This document shows positions 12,562-22,520 of a stretch of 30,071 bases of DNA, one piece after another. The notes beneath the pieces were generated by a model, which worked only from the letters and a program-made list of their open reading frames with translations, was not told the origin of the DNA and did no database searches. The stretch comes from Geosiphon pyriformis uo1 (lineage: Eukaryota > Fungi > Glomeromycota), in contig JAAOMT010000464.1 of assembly GCA_016748015.1 (NCBI GenBank), positions 4,531 to 34,601 on the forward strand, given 5' to 3'. The position numbers were made by a program, and so were the translations under genes. Positions within the stretch are counted from its first letter, which is position 1. Every line of letters starts with the position of its first letter.

Positions 12562-13880
12562 AGAGTCGTTCTTTAAAATTTCAAACACGTATTTATCTGA
12601 TTCTAAAAACTTGGACTCCGAACCCTCAAGTTCGTACAACTTATCCCCAACCTCTCTAGCATTAGGACGATTCTCAGGATTAATATCCCAACACTTTAAA
12701 ATAATTTCGGAAATTGAAGGTGGAATAAGTGGGGAGGTAATCTTAGGCCTTTTACCATTTAAAATAGCCATTATAAGAATATGATCATGAGAACAATCAT
12801 GAAAAGGAGGTATTCCTGTTGCTAATTCCCATAATAACATGCCAAAACTATAAATATCACCAGCCGTTGTAAACTTTTCACCTCTTAAAACTTCTGGTGG
12901 AATGTATGGAATCACTCCATATATCTTTTTCTCTGATATTACTTTTCCTGTTGCTGTTGTTGTAGTTAAATCATCGTTTGTAGGTTGACATAATCCAATG
13001 TCTCCAATCTTTACACCCCCTTCACCATATTGTAGGATGTTACCCGAGTGTAGATTACGATGAACCATATCAGAAGAATGAATTGAATCAAGTCCAATAG
13101 CTATTCTCCACGCGATCAATAATTTTTCTTCCCAACTTGTAGAATGAAAATTTGTTGATAAATATTTTCGCATATCTCCATGTTCGGCAAAGTACATCGC
13201 AATTCCATACTCGAGTGTTTCAGGGTTTTGCGTAACCCCATACATTGAAGAGATACGACTTAAATACGCATTCTTAAAAAACATAACTCTTTGAATATTT
13301 AACTATTAACAATGTAAAATAGGAAATAAATAATAGGTAAATATATGAATTAAATAAATATAAATATAAATATAAATAATAATAGTTTATTTACCTCTTT
13401 AAACACTTCTTCACTGTTCTTTATAATTTTTATAGCTACTTACTTCCCTAATTCCTTTCTTTCATATTCCATTGAGCCATGATGTTTTATAGTAAATTCA
13501 TTAATTAATCCATCAATTAGAGTTGCTTTATAAATAATACTGAACCCTCCTCTAGCAATTTCGTTGACATTCGACAAACGTTCCCATGGAACCCATTCAT
13601 AGTAACTTAATCCATTATTATATATTCTATATTCGTCGGTTTCATTATTAGGTGGCATATAAATTGGATTCTTAATTGTTTCATCAATTATTTGATTGCC
13701 ACTTGAAAAGTCTTTGTAAAGTTTTTTAAAAAATATGAAACAGCATGCACTACAATAATTATTACTATTATTTTTAATACTCTCTTGACATCGTTGACAT
13801 TCGTTGCAATCATGTGTTTCTGGACGAGCTCTTTTATAATAAGCTTCAGGCCCCGTTTTTTCAGTTTCAAGATTCTCCAT
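12409..13880 (-). pseudogene. Tyrosine-kinase-like (TKL-type) protein kinase, probable pseudogene or pseudokinase
   Basis: Exon 1 13880-13395 (Cys-rich leader, SSGN..ID, EWVPW, ARGGFS) has an in-frame TAA at 13442-13440 directly before VAIKIIK. Intron 13394-13303 (GTAAAT...TAG) joins FKE/LNIQRVMFF. Exon 2 has HRNLHSGNIL, DIG, YIPPE, DIYSFG and CW...RP. A possible extra intron (GTTAGT) near 12412 leaves the 3' end uncertain. Confidence 0.88.
12488..12560. repeat. (GTT)n microsatellite encoding a poly-Thr tract in the kinase C-terminus
   Basis: More than 20 GTT units with few interruptions. It translates as the long T run in ORF 12409..13284. Confidence 0.95.
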
Positions 13881-14757
13881 AGTGAATAGGTTATTATTCG
13901 AAAAGGTGTTTTTTTTAAAGCTTTATTTGATAGTACATTTTGATAGTAGTACATTTTGATAGTATAATTTTTCAAAGGTGGGAGTTTGTATTTATACTGT
14001 TTTCTCTTTGTTCCACATAGTTTAACAGGATCAATTAATTAGAAATCATTCATCCCTTAAAATTAAAAATGCCGTTATTCACCAAACTATTATTGGCTAC
14101 AAATTATACTAAAATAGGTTTAATTATGGGTAGCTATAGTACACAAAAACGCCAGACAAATTTCTTATTGTCACATTGCATTGTTGTCGTTCAATTTCTT
14201 TGTAGAACAACAACAACAATAGTAAACCAATCTAGGCTAAGTGTTATAAATGAAAACGTAATTCAATGCCAAAACAAAATCTTATCTTTATCTGTTAGCT
14301 AATTTAATTTTATAATTGAAAATTAATAATCAAAGAATTATTAATCTGATTATTATTAACTTAATTTTAAATTTTTTTTTATATTAATTATTTCAAAATA
14401 TTAATAAAATATAATTAAAATTATAAACTTTGTTTTTTCTATTACTTTTATTTATTACTATTTTTATTATTTTTATTTTTATTCTATAAATATAATTATA
14501 TATAAACATTTATTAAAGTTTGTGTACACTTTTTCATAATGAACGTTTTTATGTTCTCATATTCGTATGCAATTATTTTTAATAATAAAAATTTTTATTA
14601 ATAAAATTTATTAAAAAAAGGAATTTATTTAAAAGAAAAAAAAGTCTTTGTTAATTAGAAAATAAATATTTCACGTTTTGAACAAGGTTTGGAAGTTTAG
14701 GCTTTTGAAATAGCTCACACTTTACCAAAAAATATAACTTTATAGCAACTGAGATAT

Positions 14758-16231
14758 CTATTGTGGTTGAAAACTAAGCAAAAACTTTTTAACCTTCCGA
14801 TCAAAATCTGTTAATAAATACTGATCCTCCACCATTTGAATAATAAGAAACCGGGTAGTCAAGAATGCAAGTGACATGGACCAAAATAAAATAGCCAACG
14901 TTCGGGAGAACATTTTTCTGGGGAGGTAAATTCGTTTTTGTGAGTTTACATCTGTGCAATGTGTATCCAAGTAGGTGTAATATGCGTAAAGTGGAAAAGA
15001 AATGGGGTATGTTGCTTGGAAAGCGTACGTTCTGAAATAAATTAAGTGAATTTTTTAGATGGTGAAAAATTGGTCAAAAAATCTGGAAATCAGTATCAAC
15101 AAAATTACTCACCCAGCTGGAACTTGAGCTAACAAAGTAATTAATATATTACCAATGATATGGAAAACACTTGCAATCCACAAAATCCACAACTGTTGTG
15201 AATGTTGAACCGTTTTCGGTAAAAGTGTTACTCGCTCATGCAATGAATCCTTTTCGTGGTCTTTTAAATCGTTGTCAATATGTAGCGGGATGTGACCTTG
15301 GATATTTTGTTTGTTTTTTCGATTTGTCTTAATGATTATTAATGTGAATACGATGACTAACATCCAGTCAAAGACAAGCCCTTAATTAATCAATCAATGA
15401 ATGAATGAACGAATGAAGGAACGAACGAATGAACGAATGAACGAATGAACGAACGAACGAATGAACGAATGAACGAATGAACGAATAAACGAATGAACGA
15501 ATTAGTGAAATAATTCAAGATTTAAAATTTAAACCATTTTCAAAATAAATTCGAAAACCAACCTTGAGTTTTAAAAAACAAGGCGTCAAACGGCCACTTA
15601 AAAAATGATATGGCATTTGCAGCCGAAAATGTATAACCAAATATCAGCAAATAATCATAATTTGAACCAATTTTCCCCCCATTAAATATTAGTAAGCAAA
15701 TCGTCAACTCTGCAGCATTATGAAATATTCCAATAACACCCAAAAATTTGGAAATATCGGCAAGTATAAAAATCAGCGCCGAAAAAAAAGTTGATAAAAT
15801 GTAAAAGGCAATAACTGCGTTGAATACAGTCGCTGGGTAAATGTCGCCAGACTCATTTTGAAAATATGATATAGTAAATGTTGGTTGGGTACGGATTAGG
15901 GTCCAATAGATTGAAACGGAAGCCCCTAAACCGGTCGTAAATAAACTGAAAAGATGAAATGTGTTTAAAGTCTGTTCGTCAAGGCCTGAAAAATCAAATC
16001 AAATGAAATTGTTGATAAAATTTTTTAATAAATCAATTAATTCAATTTCAATTTCAAAGTCAAAGTCAAAGTCAATTTTCAACCATGAATTTCTTGATGC
16101 CACGTCGGATATTTTGTAACCGGTGAAATAGTTTGCGTTGGTGGTAGTGGAAACTTTCTTGGAAACGATAATAACACTCCAATAATAGCGCCAAGAGAAA
16201 CCAAAACTGATAAAACTCCAATAAATCTCAT
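14758..16231 (-). CDS. Four-exon multi-pass membrane protein of unknown function, 370 aa
   Basis: Exons 16231-16084, 15985-15563, 15380-15113 and 15031-14758 (148+423+268+274 = 1113 nt). All three introns are GT-AG and phase-compatible, with no internal stops. The protein starts MRFIGVLSVLVSLGAIIGVLLSF, joins ORFs 15540..15743, 15109..15363 and 14758..14970, and has about 9 hydrophobic segments. Confidence 0.88.
15398..15501. repeat. Compound (GAAT/GAAC)n microsatellite in intron 2 of the membrane protein gene
   Basis: gaatgaac tandem units over ~100 bp inside intron 15381-15562. Confidence 0.92.
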
Positions 16232-16479
16232 AATTCCGAGGGGGCAGTCTCAGGTATTTTTCCTAAAGATTGCAGTATTTTATTGATCGTTAAATCAACA
16301 CAATTATGATGGGCGATGCAAAGATTTCTACGAAGCCTCATTTGATTGCGGTTCATTATTCTCTAAAATCGTTAGATGAGGCTTCACTGATAAGATGAGG
16401 GATTTTATTTTTTAATAAGTACAGATTGGTCATAAGATAAAAAGTATTACTCATTATTTTCTACCTAATATATATAATA

Positions 16480-17163
16480 ATAGGTTAAACTATATATAAT
16501 ATAAGGTTTTTATATGCTTCACCAGTCATGAGTGAAGGGGCATTAATCAAATGATTCAAACCTTGTCCGCTAATAAATTTTTATATCATGATAGATTTTT
16601 ACGTTCACTTTTAATAATTGCTCGTCTATGATCGAGTTATAAAGTTCGCGCTTATGACGACATACACGAAAATTTCAATACGGATCAGTGCTTATATAGG
16701 ATTTGTCTGTCCGAAGAACACGTCACAATCCTCATTGTTCAAATGCTTGTGGAGTTTTAGCTTACTTTTAACCAGCCATTTGAATCGGTTTCTTTTAGAG
16801 TATTCATTAAAGTACTAATTTTAGATGAGATTTCGGTATTAAGATGTTTGGCATTTTTTTTATTGCTAAATTTTTTTTGATAATTAATTCGACGTTCAGA
16901 ACGTTTATCAACAATAGATTTTTGACCACAATGATTTCTTTTTAAATAATCGCTATTTTTAGTTAATTCCAAAGACAATCTTTAAGATATTTTTGGTCAC
17001 CCATTTGTATATACATTTCGAATTTTCAAAGTCACTCTTTAATTAAATAATACATTAAACAAAAGATAATTTTTTTTTTTTTATGAACAATAACCAAGCA
17101 AATGCAATTTTAAAGGTTTTTAGTATTATTGAAATGGTCCTAATTTTGTGTGTGACTCGTCTG
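16480..17163 (-). mobile_element. Degenerate Tc1/mariner element, family B copy 1 (5' part)
   Basis: Minus strand across frameshifts: AKLHKHLNNED..RVLRTDKSY...RVCRHKRELYN...KSIMI*KFISGQGLNHLINAPSLMTGEAYKNLI, matching Tc1 VLWTDES and MVWG. A putative terminus TA|CAG lies at 17163. DNA similarity to 21380-22193 and 28211-28945. Confidence 0.82.
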
Positions 17164-18347
17164 TACATGTAAAAGCGATTTAGATTCATAGGTTTAATAA
17201 ATTAAAAAATTTGAACAAGATTTTTCAAACTGAAATAGATTAAAAATAATTGATTTAAAAATTGTCATATTATTAAATCGATATATTTAAGAATTGACCA
17301 GAATTAGATAATTCAGTTTTCTCAAGTTTAAACATGTCGAATTAATTTGAAGAAATTAAATTGTATCTTTTTCTTGGATTTTTCTTGATTACCTGAAAAT
17401 CCAAAAAAATTACTATACCTGGTATACCAAATATACTGTAAATATTATTAATATTATAAAATAAAATTCTTTTAAACATTTTTTTTTTTTCGCAATAATC
17501 TTTCTTACTTAACTCTCGTACCATATAACTTTCTTGTGTACTAACCAAAATTTTTAAAGTCTCTGAAAAAAATTTTTGTTTACTTTTTTCAAATGAAAAT
17601 AAGGCTTTCAAATCCTGTGCCACAAATACAATGTTTCAAATTTTTTTGGTATTCAATCATTGAAGATGAAAAATCAGGCGAGTACTTTTTCTTTTGTGAA
17701 ATTTAGCAAATCACTATTTACTTAGATTGAATATCACATTTGATGTAATCATTGCAAAACAGTCCTACAAATAACTACTCCTTTCATGAAAGATTATATT
17801 ATAGAATGGGAATAGATCCTATCAATCGTGATGCAAATAATCTGAACCATCATCATAGCTATTTTATAAATTTAATTAATTCAGCATTAGCATCAAACTC
17901 ATTTATCTATGTACTTTAATCAAAAACACTAGACCACAAAAAAGATAAATTTACTATGTACTGAAATACCAAAGATAATAATAAAAACTTTTATATATTA
18001 ATTTTTTAAATGTTTCAATGATTTGAAATTTAAATTAAATCTGCATAGTGGTTTGTCCTGAAATTCTGATATTTTTTTAAGCAGTTCATTAAATTATATG
18101 CACATAAAGAAACTTTTAATTTAAGATAAAATCAAATGATTCAAAGTTTTCTTGCATTTAATTTGATGATTAATAAGATAGACTAATTAAGGAAAAGTAT
18201 TTCGCTCTTGGATGATTTATTAAGGACACTTTCATTATTATATTTAACATGTACTTGACGTCCAGATGTTAAGAGATTTTTAAATTTTATATCTTTAAAA
18301 TATTTCCACTTTTATTAAAACTATTTAACTTAACCCTTTCACAGAAT

Positions 18348-19136
18348 ATGAAATGTTATCATCAGACATTTTTGCTTTCATTTCTCATATTTTTAAATCT
18401 CTTTCTCATAATCGGTTTAATTCCGCATACAAGTTATGCTATTAGCCCAGGAATCAATCCATTTGCACAATTATTACCAAGATCAGCCAAACGGAATTCT
18501 GAATTAAAATCGGCATTGCCCAAAAAAATTGAATCAATTCAAGACCTAAATGAAGGGACAACAAGTAATACGACAATAACCATTCAAGCAATAATCACTA
18601 TTCCATGGAATTACACGTCAACTGATTTACCAGCATCGTCACCAGAGATTTCTACCGCTACAATCAAACCAAATGAAATGACGGAGAAGAGTTTAAAATC
18701 TAAACCTTTGAAAAAGAAACCAAAAAAATTTAAGCAATTAAAAATTGTGAAACGTAAGATTTCACCTGATAAAAATGAAAGAAAAGGAAATAAACCAAGA
18801 ATCCCAAAATCAAAGTCAGAATCCGTACTTGATGATACAGTGGATGATACAGTAGATGATAAAGTGGATGAAATCACTACCATTCTACCTACAGATAAAT
18901 CCCAATCTTTGCCAATAGACTTGCCAGATAACACAACAATAGTAATTGATCTAATTGCCACAGTTAATACCACAGTCGCGAAACTTAATAATACTGATGT
19001 CACCGATGAAATGGAAGATCCTCATTTACAACATAGGATTTCAAGGTCAAAATTAAATGAGGACATTTCGAAATTAGAAAAACCAATTGAAAAGAAACTT
19101 GAGAAAAATTCCAGATTATGTCCAAAATCGAATTAA
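18348..19136 (+). CDS. Putative secreted protein (signal peptide, Ser/Thr/Asp-rich with a Lys-rich basic patch), 262 aa
   Basis: A 789 nt intronless ORF in very AT-rich DNA. It has a hydrophobic N-terminus (FLLSFLIFLNLFLIIGLI) ending in SYA, a plausible cleavage site. No recognised domain. Confidence 0.7.
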   Translation: MKCYHQTFLLSFLIFLNLFLIIGLIPHTSYAISPGINPFAQLLPRSAKRNSELKSALPKKIESIQDLNEGTTSNTTITIQAIITIPWNYTSTDLPASSPEISTATIKPNEMTEKSLKSKPLKKKPKKFKQLKIVKRKISPDKNERKGNKPRIPKSKSESVLDDTVDDTVDDKVDEITTILPTDKSQSLPIDLPDNTTIVIDLIATVNTTVAKLNNTDVTDEMEDPHLQHRISRSKLNEDISKLEKPIEKKLEKNSRLCPKSN

Positions 19137-21379
19137 TCAGTGGAATAAGAAATTTGATAGGAAAATTAAGAATCTTCGAAGATGTGTTCGAATACCAACG
19201 ACGAGAAGTTATTATAAAGAATTTTAGAGAGAAAGCGTGTATAGGAATAAGATTTGAATGGATTTATTATTTTATAAACAATTAAGAATTTTACAATTTT
19301 TAATAATAGAAAAGAAAGTTTAGTTTATTAGCTTCTTATTCTTTTAGTTATAAAGATCGTATTAAATTTACCATCAACTAAAAATTCAAAGTCATAAAGA
19401 ATCATGAACCCATTTTTAAAAATGGATGTAAGGCTAATATTTTTGCAAAAAAACATGCTTTAATATTCACACTTTAATTTTTTATAAAATTTGTTAGTAT
19501 TCTTTATTAATGCTCAGTTTTTTAAAAATCATAAGTTGAATTACTTTTCTTTTTTCAAAGATGATTAATTTTCGTTATTTGTTTTCGGTTTACTGAATTT
19601 TTTTTTCACTAAAATTATTCAGGTTATACCAATATATTGTCTATTAATTCCACGAGATAACAAATTAAAGATTTTCGCCATTGAATTACTCAGTTCTACT
19701 TAATAATAATGTTTTTAAAAACCCCAATTTTACACAATTCAATAAAAAATATATCGAGTAAATATGTTTTAAATATTTTACACTATAAAAAGTTGAGATT
19801 AATTAAAAAATTTATTCAAAAATAAATTTAAACTAAAATGTTATATATTCATATTTATTTTATAAATTATCTGTATAGATTCATTTAGGCTTTTAAATTT
19901 TTCTATATTATGTTTTTATCTCACCTTTTAAATAAAGAAATAAAATATGTTTCGTTAAAAATTGTTTACTTAAATAGCTAATTTCATTAATATTTTTATT
20001 ATTTATTAATTAAATCTTTGAATAATTTTTATTTACTGAATGTCAAATTAATAATTCCAAATTATCAATAATACATTTACAAAATTGAGTCAATAATAAA
20101 AAAAGCAAAAAAATAAAAATATGTTTAACAAAATTTAATAATTACTTTTTTTAACATTGAAAAATTAATAATTATAGTAAGATATTGAAAAAATTATTAT
20201 TTCAAAAATCATTTTTGTTTTAAATTTTTTAAAAGATAATTTTTAAGTTTTGTTAAAATTAGTTTGAAAATAATAATTTAATATTGGCTTTGAAAAATAT
20301 TGTTTTTATTTAATAGAATTTTTATATATTGTATTTTATAAACTAATTTCTTAAAAAAATTAAAATTAATACAATTTAATTTTCATTTTATCTAATACTT
20401 ATTTTAGTTTCAAAAATGTGAAAAGTTACTCTAGGATATATGATATCATTTTTTAATATCATTAAATATTTTGTTTAGTTGCTGATGAATATAGAATTCT
20501 AATTTATGGGTCCATAATAACTTCCCCGTCCTGGTTATCCTCTAATGGTTTTAGATAGAAAAACATTTATGTGGTCAGTACCAATCGTGGAAACTTCCCA
20601 GCGATATCGCTATAAAATTAATTTGTTGAAAATTTCTTTGAGAATACTTCTTGAAGAAATCTTGACTCGAAATCAATATAGTGGATTGATTAATTAAATA
20701 TCGGGAAATTCAAACTTTCGGATTGAATATTATTCAAAATGTTAATTTTTAAATTTTGTCAAAGGCAAAAAAATTTTGGGCTACAAATTGAATAATTGCT
20801 TGGGAAAAGATATCAAAAAAGTTCTTAGCTCACCAGTTTATAAATGTTTTGGGAACAATTAGACAGAGTCAAATGGTTTTAAGTCTAAATGTTACAATTT
20901 CGTGTATTTAATAATAATAAAAAAAGTTTCTTCAATATTGGATTTAATTGTAAAATTTTTATTTCAATCAAAAAATAATGGCCTCAAGTATTGTAGAATT
21001 AGCAAATATTCTCAACACTCTGAGCCCATTACTTTTATCACTGATAAATGAGAAGAGATTCATAAGACTTAAAAAGCTTTCAGTCAAAGAGATGGTCATA
21101 AACCAACTTTTTTATTCAACTTATATTTTTTATTCAGGTTCACAGACTCCTAAGAATAAAGGTTACTCATTCAAATACATTTCGATTTTAATAAAGATCC
21201 TTTATTTGAAGATTTTCAAGAAAGTAATTTAAAATGTTGATTTCAGTCAAATTATAAACTTTTTCTGCTTACTTTTGAGAGTACTAGACTAAAATAGACT
21301 TTAGCTAGAGTCTAAGAAAAGTCTCTTAAATAAGTTAAAAATGCATCCAAACTGAATGTTTCAAAATTTATTTGACCTT

Positions 21380-22193
21380 TGTTTGCAAGATAATCCAAAT
21401 ATAACATTTTTTTTGAAACTTCTTGACCACGTTTTGGCATCGAGTCAATAAATTAAAGAATTGTCTCTAATCAAATAGCATTTTCTACACATTAAAAACT
21501 GCCTCCTTCAAGTGAGTATCTTTTTGTGGCTTTCGGTTTTGATGAATCTAATTTTAATGCCCCTTGAGATATTTTTATTGGACTAAAATCATGCAATTGC
21601 GGAAGCCATTCCAAAGTCATAATTCTAAAATTATCATAGAGTTTTCTTTCACAAGATTGGATTTGCAGAATATTGCTTCTTTGGTAGTCATATTTAATTT
21701 TCTAAAGCTTATTCATATGACGCCGTACACGAAATTCCATACTAATTAATATTTATCTATCCAAGAAATACATCCCGCTTTAGTTCATTAATCATTGGTT
21801 TCTTACACATTATACGTTGTTTAATTAAAGTTCTAATGGATATAAGAATTTGAAATTTAGATATTTTGACATCTTTACTATTGAAGAATTTTTGAAATTA
21901 TCCAGAGAATTTAAACAATCTATTTTTTCTTTATAACACTAGTAGTGGTCCGTCCAATAATAACATGACTCTTGCGGCGGACATGCTCTCTTTCTTGAGC
22001 ATTTTTACTGTATAAATTAATTTTACTACGCTCTTTTGGCGAGCTATTTGTGTATGCATTTCGAATTTTTAATCCACTCTTTAATTAAATAATAAATTAA
22101 ACAATGACAAATGGCTGTTTTTATTAAAAATAACTACGCAGGTCCAAGTTTAAGGTTACAAAATTCTTTAATTTTGTGGACTTTATCGCCCTA
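21380..22193 (-). mobile_element. Degenerate Tc1/mariner element, family B copy 2 (internally deleted)
   Basis: Minus strand has MTLEWLPQLHDFSPIK (Tc1 WPxxSPDLNPIE), AVF and LIDSMPKRGQEV (Tc1 LVxSMPxR). The reverse complement of ~21490-21690 aligns with ~28705-28905. Confidence 0.85.
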
Positions 22194-22222
22194 TATTACA
22201 CTAAACTTAATTTGATAATATA

Positions 22223-22317
22223 ATTTTATTATCCATTTGATTATAAATTAAGTTATCTTTGATTTTGATCATGCGTTTAGGATAGAACCTGTTAAACAGT
22301 TAAGAGAGAAAATAATG
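22223..22317 (+). repeat. ~95 bp imperfect repeat, copy 1 (inverted copy at 27478-27571)
   Basis: The reverse complement cattattttctctcttaactgtttaacag...catgatcaaaat...taacttaatt..taatcaaatggataataaaat matches 27478-27571. Confidence 0.85.
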
Positions 22318-22520
22318 CTATTGGATTTCATTTTTATCAAAATCACAAATGAAATTTGTCGGCTTAAGAAATGTCAATGAGGAAATCTAACATTTAGGGA
22401 TCAGATGTCTATTTTCGGAAATTTGGTTTAGGTTAAATTGCTTATTTATTGGTAAAGGTAAACTCTTCTTTCCTTATGTAAAATTTATGAAATTTGATGA
22501 TCCTTTTTTTCTTTGAAAAC

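Noticed and set aside
12476-12784. Poly-Val ORF and other shadow ORFs (6580..6849, 18611..19003, 22442..22654, 22711..23166, 23259..23489)
   Set aside because: They are antisense or alternate-frame shadows of better-supported genes.
7205-13442. Alternative genetic code or programmed readthrough to explain the in-frame TAG and TAA
   Set aside because: The two stops differ, TAG and TAA terminate other genes here normally, and the BTB gene also has a frameshift.
20470-21240. Slightly GC-richer coding-like relic, including ORF 20978..21232
   Set aside because: Many stops in all frames and no motif I can identify; a translated homology search would be needed.
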